The translations under genes and the position numbers were made by a program. A stretch of DNA of 64,000 bases from Cyanophyceae cyanobacterium. GTDB lineage: Bacteria > Cyanobacteriota > Cyanobacteriia > Cyanobacteriales > Laspinemataceae. The stretch covers positions 59,306-123,305 of the forward strand of contig JBBQFN010000015.1 in the NCBI GenBank assembly GCA_038321985.1, read 5' to 3'. Below the pieces are notes generated by a model, which ran no database searches, had not been told where the DNA came from, and was given only the letters and a program-made list of their open reading frames with translations. This document shows positions 20,658 to 32,100 of this stretch, piece after piece (positions within the stretch are counted from its first letter, which is position 1; each line of letters begins with the position of its first letter).

Positions 20658-21065
20658 ATGTCTGAAAGTAATAGTCCCGCAGCAACCATTTTAGCCGTAG
20701 ATGATAGTGTCGTCATGCAAGATTTGGTTAAGCGCGCATTGGCTCAAGATTACCGAGTGCTAGTGGCTGATAATGCCGTGGATGCATTGTCTATGATTTA
20801 CCACGAACAGGTAGCGATTTTGTTGCTCGATGTTTCCATGCCAGGAATCGACGGCTTAGAGCTTTGCCGAACCGTGCGGAATATTCCTCAATTTCAAGAA
20901 TTGCCGATTGTCATGCTAACCGCTCGCGATGGCCTTTTTGATAAGGTGCAAGGTCGGCTAGCCGGAGCAACGGAATATTTAACCAAACCCTTTGATGCAG
21001 CCCAACTCCGTCAAGTGGTAGGAAATTTTATTAATAGTAATCATCCCTCGGGAGTAGCAGACTAA
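20658..21065 (+). CDS. Single-domain response regulator (CheY/PilH-like)
   Basis: VDDS, phospho-acceptor LLDVSMP, MLTAR and YLTKPF. Confidence 0.92.
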   Translation: MSESNSPAATILAVDDSVVMQDLVKRALAQDYRVLVADNAVDALSMIYHEQVAILLLDVSMPGIDGLELCRTVRNIPQFQELPIVMLTARDGLFDKVQGRLAGATEYLTKPFDAAQLRQVVGNFINSNHPSGVAD

Positions 21066-21549
21066 CCCCATATTTTAGGTAAAATTTATAAATTAATGCC
21101 CTAAAAAACGAAAAATTGCAGGAATATAGCTCTCACCGAAAACTGAATTTTACTCATTAAAATTTGACTCAAAAAAGAAATCCGAGATAGGGAGAATCGC
21201 TAGAGAGTAAGGGTAGAAGTGTTAATTAAAAATTTAGGCGGGATGAAAACCCGATAATATCCGACCAGCATTTGGGCCGGGATAAAGGGTCAGTCCCTAA
21301 AAATTAATAAATATCTATAAAGATGTAAACTTTGGGCGGAAAATTTGTTCATTCCCGGGTATGCCCCCCCAAGAAACCCTTGAGGGGTTAGCTCTGAGGT
21401 GCGTCCGTTCACGTTAACAAAAATCCGGGCGATCGCTGTATAAAAAACACACCGATCACAGCGGGAGGGGGGTTTTACTTCTGAATCGTCGCAATACTTC
21501 CCACTTAACAAGGCACAATAAAACTAGATCGGTCCATCGTTTGCCCTAT

Positions 21550-23541
21550 ATGAGTTATTGCCTAAATCCCCGTTGTCACAATCCTCAAAATCTACCTAAG
21601 ACTGCAATTTGTCAAGGTTGCGGCTCAAAATTACTGCTCAAAGATCGCTATCGGGCAATCAAACCCATTGCCCGAGGGGGATTTGGCAGAACCTTTTTTG
21701 CCATAGATGAAGACCGCCTCAATGCCCCCTGTGCTATCAAACAACTGCTGCCCACCCTACAAGGGAGTAATGCATCGAGACAAGGGCTGTTTGAGAAGGC
21801 AGTCTCCTTGTTTAACCAAGAGGCGGTCCGACTCTACGAACTAGGCGAACATCCCCAAATTCCCACCCTCTTAGCCTCTTTTGCACAGGACAAGCGGCTG
21901 TATTTGGTCCAAGAATATATTGATGGTAAAACCTTGTGGCACGAACTTAAAGAGGGCGGTCCATTTACGGAGGAGAAAATTTATGAAATCCTCGCGGGAG
22001 TCTTGCCAGTTCTGCACTTTGTCCACTCCAAAAATGTAATTCACCGAGATATTACTCCCGGTAATCTGTTGCGGCGCAAGCGAAATGGTCAACTGATTTT
22101 GATTGATTTTGGGGTTGCCAAACAACTCACAGACGCTTCCTTTGCCAAAACGGGGACGAAAGTTGGCACCACCTGTTATGCACCCATTGAACAGCTTCGC
22201 AGTGGAAAAGCGTATCCTGCCAGCGATTTGTATGGGTTGGGGGTAACTTGTATTCACCTGCTGACGGGTGCCAAACCGGATGGACTGTTCGATCCGATTA
22301 AGGGATGTATTTGGCGGGAATATTTGGCGAATCGGAGTCGGACGATCGCCCCGCGCCTAGGGGATATTCTGGATAAAATGATTCAAGATTCCTTGAGCGA
22401 TCGCTATCAATCGGCACAGGCGGTATTAAATGATATGCAAACCCTTTCACTTAAGGGCGATCGCCAGGAACTTTCCAACGCTTCCACCCGCCTTCAAACC
22501 GCCAAGTTCACGACTCCTCCCTCAACCCGGAACTTACTTCCCCCGGCCCAGGCGGCTACTCCCCTGGCCCTTTTTTCTAAACCGCCTAGTGGCAATCGCC
22601 CCCCAAGCAGCACGGGCACTCGGTGTTTGCGGACCCTTACCGGGCATACTTCTTGGGTGACTTGTCTGGCGATCGCCCCCAATAGTCACATTCTCGCGAG
22701 TGGCAGTCTTGACGATCAAATCCTGATTTGGAATTTTTTCACCGGGGAAATCCTGCATCGGTTCTCGAGTCATACCAAATCGATTAATGCACTGGCAATC
22801 TCTCCCGATGGTAATCTCCTTGCCAGTGGTAGCGATGATGACACCATCAAGATTTGGCATCTGAATACAGGCCGGGAAATTGCCACTCTTACGGAACATT
22901 TACGAGATGTTAATTCCTTGGCCTTTAATGCCAATGGCACGATTTTAGCCTCCGGTTCGGAAGATAGAACCGTGCGACTGTGGCAGCTAGAAAATGCCGG
23001 CAAAGGAACTATTTCAATCTTACCTTTATGTACCCTGGCCGGTCGTTCTGGAATGATTAAAACCGTTACCTTTGCCCCCAATGGACAACTTTTAGCCAGT
23101 GGGGGTCTGGATAACGCCATCCAAATTTGGAATGTAAAAACCCATAAAGTTCTTTATACCCTTTTGGGACATCTGCAATCGGTTAATTGTTTAGCGATAA
23201 GTCCCGATGGTACGCTTCTTGCCAGCGGCAGCAAAGATAAAACGATTAAACTCTGGAATTTTTCCACGGGGAAGCTCATCACAAGTTTATCCGGTCATCG
23301 GGATATGGTGAATTCTGTTACCTTTTCTCCTGATGGAAAACTCCTGGTTAGTGGCAGTACGGACCAGACTTTAAATTTGTGGCAGATTCGTATAGAAAAA
23401 GGTCAGTTGTCCACAAACCACTCCCTTACTCTCAATGGACATACAGGGGCGGTGAATGCGGTGATTTTCAGCCCAGATGGTAAACTGGTGATTAGTGGTA
23501 GTTGGGACGAAACGATTAAAATTTGGCAAGTGTTGTCTTAA
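21550..23541 (+). CDS. Ser/Thr protein kinase with N-terminal Cys4 finger and C-terminal WD40 repeats (kinase 1)
   Basis: YCLNPRC...CQGCG; ARGGFG, AIK, HRDITPGN, DFG and APIE; repeated GH...SPDG..LASGS.D..I.IW units. Confidence 0.93.
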   Translation: MSYCLNPRCHNPQNLPKTAICQGCGSKLLLKDRYRAIKPIARGGFGRTFFAIDEDRLNAPCAIKQLLPTLQGSNASRQGLFEKAVSLFNQEAVRLYELGEHPQIPTLLASFAQDKRLYLVQEYIDGKTLWHELKEGGPFTEEKIYEILAGVLPVLHFVHSKNVIHRDITPGNLLRRKRNGQLILIDFGVAKQLTDASFAKTGTKVGTTCYAPIEQLRSGKAYPASDLYGLGVTCIHLLTGAKPDGLFDPIKGCIWREYLANRSRTIAPRLGDILDKMIQDSLSDRYQSAQAVLNDMQTLSLKGDRQELSNASTRLQTAKFTTPPSTRNLLPPAQAATPLALFSKPPSGNRPPSSTGTRCLRTLTGHTSWVTCLAIAPNSHILASGSLDDQILIWNFFTGEILHRFSSHTKSINALAISPDGNLLASGSDDDTIKIWHLNTGREIATLTEHLRDVNSLAFNANGTILASGSEDRTVRLWQLENAGKGTISILPLCTLAGRSGMIKTVTFAPNGQLLASGGLDNAIQIWNVKTHKVLYTLLGHLQSVNCLAISPDGTLLASGSKDKTIKLWNFSTGKLITSLSGHRDMVNSVTFSPDGKLLVSGSTDQTLNLWQIRIEKGQLSTNHSLTLNGHTGAVNAVIFSPDGKLVISGSWDETIKIWQVLS

Positions 23542-23643
23542 AAAAGGCGACTGCCCCTTCTTAGGGCTTCGGTTGACTTGTTTCGGGGCGATCGCCACTA
23601 ATTACCGAGGGACGATACCCATGCTGTCAATTTTAATAAGATT

Positions 23644-24798
23644 ATGACCTATTGTCTGAATTCAAACTGTCCCAACCCAGTCAATCCCCCTAGCACTAAA
23701 TTTTGCCTAACTTGTGGGGCGAAATTAATGTTACGAGAACGCTATCGGGCGGTACAACCCCTGGGACAAGGGGGCATGGGTCGCACTTTTTTCGCCTTGG
23801 ATGAGGACCGCCTCAATGCGCCCTGTGTGATTAAACAGTTTTTTCCCCAAGTTCAAGGGAGTGCTGCGTTAGAAAAAGCCACCGAACTGTTTCAACGAGA
23901 AGCGGTGCAACTGCTTCAACTCGGTGAACATCCTCAAATTCCCGCTCTTTATGCTTATTTTGAACAGGATAAACGCTGGTATTTAGTCCAAGAATTAATC
24001 GATGGACCGGATTTATTAGATGAATTAAAAGCACAGGGAGGGTTAAGCGAAATTCAAATTAAATCTCTGTTGCTGGATCTGTTGCCGATTATGCAATTTA
24101 TTCATGAAAATCAGGTCATTCATCGAGATATTAAACCCGATAATATTTTGCGCCGCCGTAAGGACAATAAACTGGTTTTAGTTGATTTTGGAGTGGCTAA
24201 ACAAGGGACGGGGACTGCCCTTGCCCAAATGGGAACCCGCGCCGGAACTCATGGCTACGCACCGCTGGAACAAATTCGCGGGGGTCAGGCTTATCCAGCT
24301 AGCGATTTATACAGTTTGGGAGTCACTTGTATTCAGTTATTAACGGCAAAAATGCCTGATGATTTATATGATGGAATGAATGCTCGCTGGCTGTGGAAAG
24401 AAGAATTAGCAAAACAAGGGAAAATTGTATCTCCAATTTTAGCACAAATATTAGATAAACTGCTACAAGAATTAGTCCGCGATCGCTATCAATCAGCGGC
24501 AGAGGTTTTACAGGCGTTACAACCGGGTGCGACTGCCTCCCCTCCAACAAAACTGCCCTCTCCCTCTTCTCCTAAAACCGCACCCGCAAACCGCCCCCAA
24601 CTGGGTAAATTTGACCCCGTTTCTCTGGATTTAGAGGCGATTAAAACTCATTTTAGTCAAGCGCAACCGGGCAATGTGCCGGTACCCTCACCCCCGCTAC
24701 CCAAACCCACCCAAACTCCCTCCCATAAACCGTCAGGATTTGACCCCCTCTCTGCTGAACTGGAAGCGTTACGGTCTGAATTTGAACAAGAATCTTAA
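23644..24798 (+). CDS. Ser/Thr protein kinase with Cys4 finger and Pro-rich tail, no WD40 (kinase 2)
   Basis: YCLNSNC...CLTCG; GQGGMG, VIK, HRDIKPDN, DFG and APLE. Confidence 0.93.
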   Translation: MTYCLNSNCPNPVNPPSTKFCLTCGAKLMLRERYRAVQPLGQGGMGRTFFALDEDRLNAPCVIKQFFPQVQGSAALEKATELFQREAVQLLQLGEHPQIPALYAYFEQDKRWYLVQELIDGPDLLDELKAQGGLSEIQIKSLLLDLLPIMQFIHENQVIHRDIKPDNILRRRKDNKLVLVDFGVAKQGTGTALAQMGTRAGTHGYAPLEQIRGGQAYPASDLYSLGVTCIQLLTAKMPDDLYDGMNARWLWKEELAKQGKIVSPILAQILDKLLQELVRDRYQSAAEVLQALQPGATASPPTKLPSPSSPKTAPANRPQLGKFDPVSLDLEAIKTHFSQAQPGNVPVPSPPLPKPTQTPSHKPSGFDPLSAELEALRSEFEQES

Positions 24799-25198
24799 TC
24801 CCTCATAAACCGGAAAAACTGAGGGTAGCCCCGGTGAAAATAAATTCGTATCTCTGAAGATAAAACCCCACTATCAATTTTAAAAATCTCTCCTTTTTTA
24901 CTTTAAAAACCCCATTTTAGCCGCTTAAATTACAACTCGGTTCTGTGAATTCAACCCGTATAAATAAATTAAAAAATTTTTCAAAGGAGTGGGAGTATCT
25001 GGCTTTTAAGCAGCAGTAGGGAACAAAATACTCCCCGTTCTAAATCTTCTTTTTGAAATGATTTAGGCAAGCTATAGAACCCGGGGTTAGTTACTCGCCA
25101 ATTTTTTTTATAAATCCGGTTTATGAACCTAAATTTTGAGTAAAATAGAAAATCATAAAGCGTGACCCGTATCCTTAAGATTTTACTTCAAAAATGGC

Positions 25199-27052
25199 AT
25201 GAGCTATTGTCTCAATCCCCACTGTCAAAATCCCCAAAATCCAGATGTTATCAAGTTTTGTCAAAGTTGTGGTACCGAGTTACAACTCAACGATCGCTAT
25301 CGAGCAATTTCCCTACTCGGTGAAGGGGGTTTTGGCCGCACTTTCATCGCAGAAGATGCCGATCGCTTAAATGCCACCTGTGTGATCAAACAGTTTTTAC
25401 CTTTACCCCAGGTTCAGCAAAATGCTGGCTTATTGGAAACGGCGACTAAAATGTTCACCCAGGAAGCAGAACGACTTTTACAACTGGGGGACCATCCCCA
25501 GATTCCCACCTTATTTGCTGATTTTGCCATAGACGGTCGGCTGTATTTGGTGCAACAGTTTATCAATGGGAAAACGTTATTACAAGAATTAGATGAAAAT
25601 GGACCCTTTTCTAGCGATAAAATTAAACATTTATTATTAGATTTGTTGCCAGTTTTAGAATATATTCATAATCGGGATGTAGTCCACCGAGATATTAAGC
25701 CTGAGAATATTTTAAGACAAAAATCCGATGGAAAATATGTATTAATTGATTTTGGGGTTGCCAAACAACTCAGTAGTAATGTTCTAGTTAAAACGGGAAC
25801 AAAAATCGGGACCGAAGGCTATGCACCCATTGAACAACTGCGGGGAGGAAAAGCGTATCCTGCCAGTGATTTGTACAGTTTGGGGGTGACTTGTATTCAT
25901 TTAATGACCGATACAAATCCCGATGAATTGTACGATCCCATGGAGGGTCGCTGGTTGTGGCGAGAAGAATTAGTTAAAAAAGGGATGACGCTCGATCGCC
26001 GCTTAGAAAAAGTGATTGATAAGATGGTGCAGGAGTGGGTTAACGATCGCTACGGGAGTGCAAGAGGGGCACTAACCGAACTGTATTGGTCTCCACCCCA
26101 AGGGTTTATGTCCAACTCTCCAAACGCGACAACCCCGAGTATCTCCTCGATTCCGAAGACTTGGAAATGTATTCATACCCTGACAGGACATACGAATTAT
26201 GCGATCGCTGTGGCCATTAGTCCCGATGGCCAAACCTTAGCCAGTTGTAGCTATGATAAAACAATTAAAGTATGGCATTTAGAAACCGGGAATGCGATCG
26301 GAACCTTAACTGCCCATACGGGTTGGGTGAGTTGTCTTGCCATCACTCCCGACGGACAAATTCTCGTCAGCGGCAGTTTGGATAATACCCTGAAGCTGTG
26401 GGACCTCGGCAGTGGGAACTTATTACAAACCTGGGATGGATTGAATGCCTATCCCCTGTCCATTGCCATCAGTCCCGATGGTGGGATACTGGCAGCAGGT
26501 TGTTTTGACAGCACGGTGAAGTTGTGGGACCTGACAACGGGCATGGCAGTCGGGACCCTAACGGGACATAAGGGTTATGTGGAAAGCGTGGCGATCGCAC
26601 CGGACGGTAAAACCCTTGCCAGTGGAGGGGGATATGATGACCACACCATCAAATTATGGGACTTAAGCAGCGGTATTGAGCAAACTACCCTGAAGGGACA
26701 TTTGGCCTCAGTCCGTACAGTTGCCTTTACTCCCGACGGCCAACAGTTAGTCAGTGGCAGTGAAGACAAAACCGTGAAACTGTGGGACTTAGAGACCCAC
26801 AAAGCCACCTATAGCTTGCAGACCCTGAAGGATTGGGTACAAGCGGTCGCCATTAGTCCCGATGGCGAAATCCTAGCCAGTGGCAGTCGAGATCGCCTGA
26901 TTAGATTGTTCCATCTCAGGACGGGACAAGATCTGTGTACCCTAAAATGGCATTCTGGACCTATTACCTCCCTCGCCTTTAGTCCAGAGGGCAATAAATT
27001 AGTGAGTAGCAGTTGGGATAATACAATTAAAATTTGGCAAGCTGTCTTGTGA
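25199..27052 (+). CDS. Ser/Thr protein kinase with Cys4 finger and WD40 repeats (kinase 3)
   Basis: YCLNPHC...CQSCG; GEGGFG, HRDIKPEN, DFG; WD40 repeats. Confidence 0.93.
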   Translation: MSYCLNPHCQNPQNPDVIKFCQSCGTELQLNDRYRAISLLGEGGFGRTFIAEDADRLNATCVIKQFLPLPQVQQNAGLLETATKMFTQEAERLLQLGDHPQIPTLFADFAIDGRLYLVQQFINGKTLLQELDENGPFSSDKIKHLLLDLLPVLEYIHNRDVVHRDIKPENILRQKSDGKYVLIDFGVAKQLSSNVLVKTGTKIGTEGYAPIEQLRGGKAYPASDLYSLGVTCIHLMTDTNPDELYDPMEGRWLWREELVKKGMTLDRRLEKVIDKMVQEWVNDRYGSARGALTELYWSPPQGFMSNSPNATTPSISSIPKTWKCIHTLTGHTNYAIAVAISPDGQTLASCSYDKTIKVWHLETGNAIGTLTAHTGWVSCLAITPDGQILVSGSLDNTLKLWDLGSGNLLQTWDGLNAYPLSIAISPDGGILAAGCFDSTVKLWDLTTGMAVGTLTGHKGYVESVAIAPDGKTLASGGGYDDHTIKLWDLSSGIEQTTLKGHLASVRTVAFTPDGQQLVSGSEDKTVKLWDLETHKATYSLQTLKDWVQAVAISPDGEILASGSRDRLIRLFHLRTGQDLCTLKWHSGPITSLAFSPEGNKLVSSSWDNTIKIWQAVL

Positions 27053-27251
27053 AGGGAAAACCCAACATAAAAGACGCAATCCACAACAAGGGTCTGATTT
27101 AGACCAAACCGATTACATTCCCCGGTATGGGGCGTCTGCAATCCTAATCGTTCTGGAAAATCCGCCCGGATTGACCCCTTGTGTAAAAGCGCCGAAACCA
27201 AAATTTTGGTAAAGACTGATTATAATAACTAACTTCTGAGTGTTTGCTGGT

Positions 27252-29144
27252 ATGACTTATTGTGTGAATCCTGCTTGCCCAAATCCGCAAAACCCCCCGA
27301 ATATCACGACTTGTCTCAATTGTGGCTCGAATTTGGAGCTGAAAAAGCGCTACCGTGCCATTCAACTGCTGGGAGAAGGGGGCATGGAACGTAGCTTCTT
27401 GACGGTGGATCAAGAGAACCGGGACAATTACTGCATTATTAAGCAACTACTGCCCGTAGAAAGTGGGTTAGAAGAGTCCCTCAATAATACCACCCTGGAA
27501 AAGGCTCTTGAAGTCTTTACTCACGATGCTCAACGACGGCAAGGGTTAGGAGATCATGGGCAGATTGCCAAGTTATTAGATTATTTTGAGCAAGATAAAC
27601 GCCTCTATCTGGTAGTCGAGTTTATTGACGGCCAAAGTTTGCTTGAAGAAAGCGAACAACAGGGTCCCTTCCGGGAAACCCAAATTTGGGAACTGTTTGA
27701 TCGCTTATTACCCGGGCTGAAAATCATTCATGATCGTAATATCATTCACCGAGATATCAAACCCGAGAATATTCACCGCCGCCATAACGGGGAATTAGTC
27801 CTTACGAATTTCGGGGTCTCTAAACATTTAGCAACCCTGGGACTCGCCCGAACCGGGAGCACCATTGGCACCGAAGGGTATGCACCCCCAGAACAAATCC
27901 GGGGGGGACTCGCCTATCCAGCCAGCGATTTGTATAGTTTAGGGGTCACCTGTATTCAACTGTTAACCGGCGAGTGGGTGGATGAGTTGTACGACCCCTT
28001 AGAAGGGAGATGGATCTGGAGAGAACGACTCCGGAAACGGGGTACTGATGTGAGTGACGGTTTGACCCAAATCCTAAGCAAACTGATACAAGACCGGGTA
28101 AACGAACGGTATCAATCGGTAACTGAACTGCTGGAAGACTTGCATTCTCTGCGACCTAACTTTCTGACTCAGCCAGAGGGGAACCTGGTCCGGGCCACCT
28201 CAGCGGCAAGTCCACCGACAACTCCACCCCGCCCGGATCCGAGTGCCTGGAGATGCGTCAGGACCCTAAAAGGTCATCAAGGGTGGGTATGGGCGATCGC
28301 ATTTAGTCCCGATGGCGCAACCTTAGCCAGTAGCAGTGCGGACCAAACCGTGATTTTGTGGAATCCGACCACCGGCGATCGCCTCCGTACCCTAGAGGGT
28401 CATTCCGATTTAGTCCTCTCCGTCGCCTTTAGTCCTCAATCCCCTCTGTTGGCAAGTAGCAGTCGCGATAAAAGCATCATCATCTGGAACAGCGAAACCG
28501 GGGAACGCCTTCGTAACCTACGGGGTTGGTTTTCCGGCCATTCTGAATTAGTAGACGCCGTTGCCTTCAGTCCCAATGGTTCCATGCTGGCTTCGGGAAG
28601 TTGGGACCGAAAAATCATTTTATGGAACCCCTACACCGGCAAGGCCATCCGTAAGCTGAGGGGCCACTCAAGCTGGGTCTATTCCCTAGCCTTTAGTCCC
28701 GATGGCATTACCCTGGCTTCTGGCAGTCGCGACACCACCCTGATGCTGTGGAATGTCCACACGGGCCAGCAATTTTTTACCCTTTACGGAGATGCGGGGC
28801 TGGTAAATGCCGTCGCATTTAGTCCCAATGGTAAAACCATCGTCAGCGGCAATTTTGACGGCACCCTTGTGCTGTGGGATGTGGGCCGAGGGGAGCAAAT
28901 CACCCGTTTACCGGGACATTCAGAACGGGTCAATGCTTTAGCTTTTAGTCCCGATGGCAGATTGTTAGCCAGTGGCAGCCGGGATCAGACGGTGATTATC
29001 TGGGATATCCGTCACCGCAAGCCAATTTGTACCCTTACTGACCATTGCGATCGCGTCTTTGCTGTCGCCTTCAGTCCCGATAGCAAAACCCTCGCCACTG
29101 CCGCAGGGGATGAAACCGTGAAGTTATGGCAAGCACCAGGATAG
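27252..29144 (+). CDS. Ser/Thr kinase-like protein with Cys4 finger and WD40 repeats; probable pseudokinase (kinase 4)
   Basis: YCVNPAC...CLNCG; Gly-loop GEGGME; HRDIKPEN intact; DFG replaced by NFG (LVLTNFG); WD40 repeats. Confidence 0.9.
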   Translation: MTYCVNPACPNPQNPPNITTCLNCGSNLELKKRYRAIQLLGEGGMERSFLTVDQENRDNYCIIKQLLPVESGLEESLNNTTLEKALEVFTHDAQRRQGLGDHGQIAKLLDYFEQDKRLYLVVEFIDGQSLLEESEQQGPFRETQIWELFDRLLPGLKIIHDRNIIHRDIKPENIHRRHNGELVLTNFGVSKHLATLGLARTGSTIGTEGYAPPEQIRGGLAYPASDLYSLGVTCIQLLTGEWVDELYDPLEGRWIWRERLRKRGTDVSDGLTQILSKLIQDRVNERYQSVTELLEDLHSLRPNFLTQPEGNLVRATSAASPPTTPPRPDPSAWRCVRTLKGHQGWVWAIAFSPDGATLASSSADQTVILWNPTTGDRLRTLEGHSDLVLSVAFSPQSPLLASSSRDKSIIIWNSETGERLRNLRGWFSGHSELVDAVAFSPNGSMLASGSWDRKIILWNPYTGKAIRKLRGHSSWVYSLAFSPDGITLASGSRDTTLMLWNVHTGQQFFTLYGDAGLVNAVAFSPNGKTIVSGNFDGTLVLWDVGRGEQITRLPGHSERVNALAFSPDGRLLASGSRDQTVIIWDIRHRKPICTLTDHCDRVFAVAFSPDSKTLATAAGDETVKLWQAPG

Positions 29145-29187
29145 GGGAGTTTCCGATTCACCACTTGCTGTGGTTTCCCGATTCACC

Positions 29188-32100
29188 CTACTCTATGTCC
29201 TGCAAAATTGAGCGGATGGAGTTGAGATAGGGAACAGTAATGTATTGGAAAGGGGTCGGATCCGGGAATGGCGGTACATTTCCCGTGCCATTGGTTGGGG
29301 GTAGGGAATACGCCACGGCGGGAAATCCAGCAGAATTGAGGGCGGTGACCACATTATGGCAATCTTGGACCCAGAAATTCGGTCCGCAGATCGCGGCGGC
29401 GCGATATTGAGTGCCAGGTTTGATCACGATCGCGATCGCCGGGACGGTTGCTTTAGTTTTGTCGGCTGAGTGTTCTTCCAGAATCACTTTGAGGCGATCG
29501 AGGACGTCCGGCGCATTGATGCGACTGGTGGTCAGTTCTAGCAAAATCATCTCCGTTATCCTCGGTAGAACCGAGTTACCCACGGGCTTTAATTCCTCAA
29601 ATTTCAAGACTCTGGCTTCCTCCACAATCACCTGAGTGCGATCGTCTTTGCGATCGACTTTCCCGCTGACTAGAATCGGCGTATCCGCAATCAGCAGTTC
29701 GTGGACCTGTTCATAAGTGTCAGGAAAGACCACTGCTTCTGCTTTGCCTTCTATATCTTCCATTTGCAGAAATGCCATACGGCGTTCGTCTTTTTTGGTG
29801 AGAATCTGTTTGATTTCGGTCAACATGACCAGAACGCTAACTTTTGACCGCGATTTCTGTTCATCTAGTTTACCTAGACTCACCAAGGCGATGCCTAATT
29901 GTTCGGCAATTCTTCCGGCATTTTTCAGGGGATGTTCAGATACATAAAATCCCAGCAATTCCTTTTCAAATTGTAGCTTTTCTTCCACGGGAAAATCGGC
30001 AATATTCGGGGGAACCGGCGCGGATTCAAATGTAGAAGTAGCCGTCATCACCGCGAGTTGGTCAAACAAATTAAGCTGGCCGGTTTCTTGTTCTTTAGCC
30101 CGGTCCTGCGCCCATTTAATCGCCAAAGGCATATATTCAATGGACTGTTTGCGGTTGGAATTTAGACCATCTAAGGCCCCGCATTTAATCAGGGCTTCTA
30201 AGGCGCGACTATTGACTGTATGGAGGTTAATGCGATCGCACAAATCCGCTAAAGATTTAAAGGAACCCTTCCCATCTCGTTCGGTCAAGATACACTGAAT
30301 CGCATTTTCCCCGATATTCTTCACGGCGGACAATCCAAACAGAATGGTTCCCTGTTCTGGATTGGCATCAACTGGAGTAAAATCTACCCCCGACCGATTA
30401 ATATCGGGTCCTTGGACGGTGATATTTAATTCTTGACAGTTGGCGATATATTTCTGCACCTTATCCTGGTCACCGCTATTAGAAGTCAGTAGCGCTGCCA
30501 TGTATTCGACGGGATAATTCGCCTTAAGATAAGCCGTTTGATAGGTAACGTAACCGTAAGCAGTGGAATGGGATTTATTAAAGCAGTATTCCGCGAACAA
30601 AAGCATCTGATTAAACAATTTTTCGGCAATGGATTTAGAAACTCCATTTTTGGTCGCCCCATCCAAAAAAAGTTCCCGATGTTTGTTCATTTCCTCAGGT
30701 TTCTTTTTCCCCATTGCACGGCGTAACAAATCCGCTTGACCCAAGGAATATCCTCCTAAATCTTGGGCAATTTTCATGATTTGTTCTTGATAAACCATTA
30801 CCGCATAAGTTTCTTGAAGAATTCCCTCTAATAGGGGATGTTCATATTGAATGGCTTCCCGTCCATGTTTGCGATCGATAAATTTAGGAATTAACCCGGC
30901 ATCTAAGGGTCCCGGACGATACAGTGCCAAAATAGAGGAAATATCTTCAATACTGGATGGCTTTAAGTCTTGTACAATCTGTTTCATTCCCGAGGATTCT
31001 AATTGAAAAACCCCTTCGAGATCCCCTCGTTCTAAAATCTTGTAGGTTTTTTCAATATCTTTAGGTAATTTTTTGACCGTTCCTCGGGCCATTACTTCTT
31101 GTGCTCTGCGTTCATCTGAGGGAAACTGATAGGGGTCAAAATCGAGATTTTTGGTTTCCTTAATATAGTCGAGGGTTTTCTGAATCATGGTTAAATTCTT
31201 CAACCCCAAAAAGTCCATTTTTAATAATCCGAGGGATTCTAAATCCTCCATCGGATACTGGGTAATGGTTGCACCGTCGTTATTCTTTTGCAGGGGAACA
31301 ATTTCATCTAAGGGGTCGGCAGAAATTACGACTCCAGCGGCATGAACCCCAGAACTTTTGTTGGTTCCTTCAATCCGAAGCGCCATATCCAACCACTGTT
31401 GAAACTTGACAATGGTGCCATCTTCCCGCAGGATTTGTTCATTTTTAACATAGGCTTCTCGAAATTCTGGGGCCGGGGATTTATCGGAAATCATCACGGA
31501 TAATTTTTCCGGTTTTCCCCGGGACACCGGAATTAATTTTGCCATTTCATCGGATTTTTTGTAGGGAACCCCTAACACCCGGGCGACATCTTTTAACACT
31601 GCTTTGGAAGTCAGGCGGTTAAACGTAATGATTTGGGCAACCCGGTCTTTCCCATATTTTTCGGTGACATATTGAATCACTTCATCCCGGCGGGAGATAC
31701 AAAAATCCGTGTCAATATCCGGCATTGATTTCCGTTCGGGGTTCAAGAAGCGCTCAAAAAGCAGCCCATGATGTACCGGGTCAATATTGGTAATTTGCAT
31801 GGCATAGGCCACTAAAGAACCCGCTGCGGACCCTCGACCGGGACCGACGGGAATACCGCGATCGCGAGCATATTTGATGTAATCCCAAACCACTAAAAAA
31901 TACGCCGCAAAGCCCATTTTTTGAAGCATTTCTACTTCATAAACCAGTCTATCCCGATAAACTTGGGGGATCTCTTCGTAACTTTTATACTTAAATCGTT
32001 CTTTCAGTCCTTCCTTGGCGATCCATTCGACATAAGTATTGGGAGTCTCTCCTGGGGGACATTGGAAGTCGGGAATCCGAGGTTCTCCGAGAATGTGATA

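Noticed and set aside
22620..29140. Regularly spaced repeats such as AGTCCCGATGG and GCCAGTGGCAG that could suggest an array
   Set aside because: They are the coding sequence of WD40 repeats, not CRISPR or non-coding repeats.
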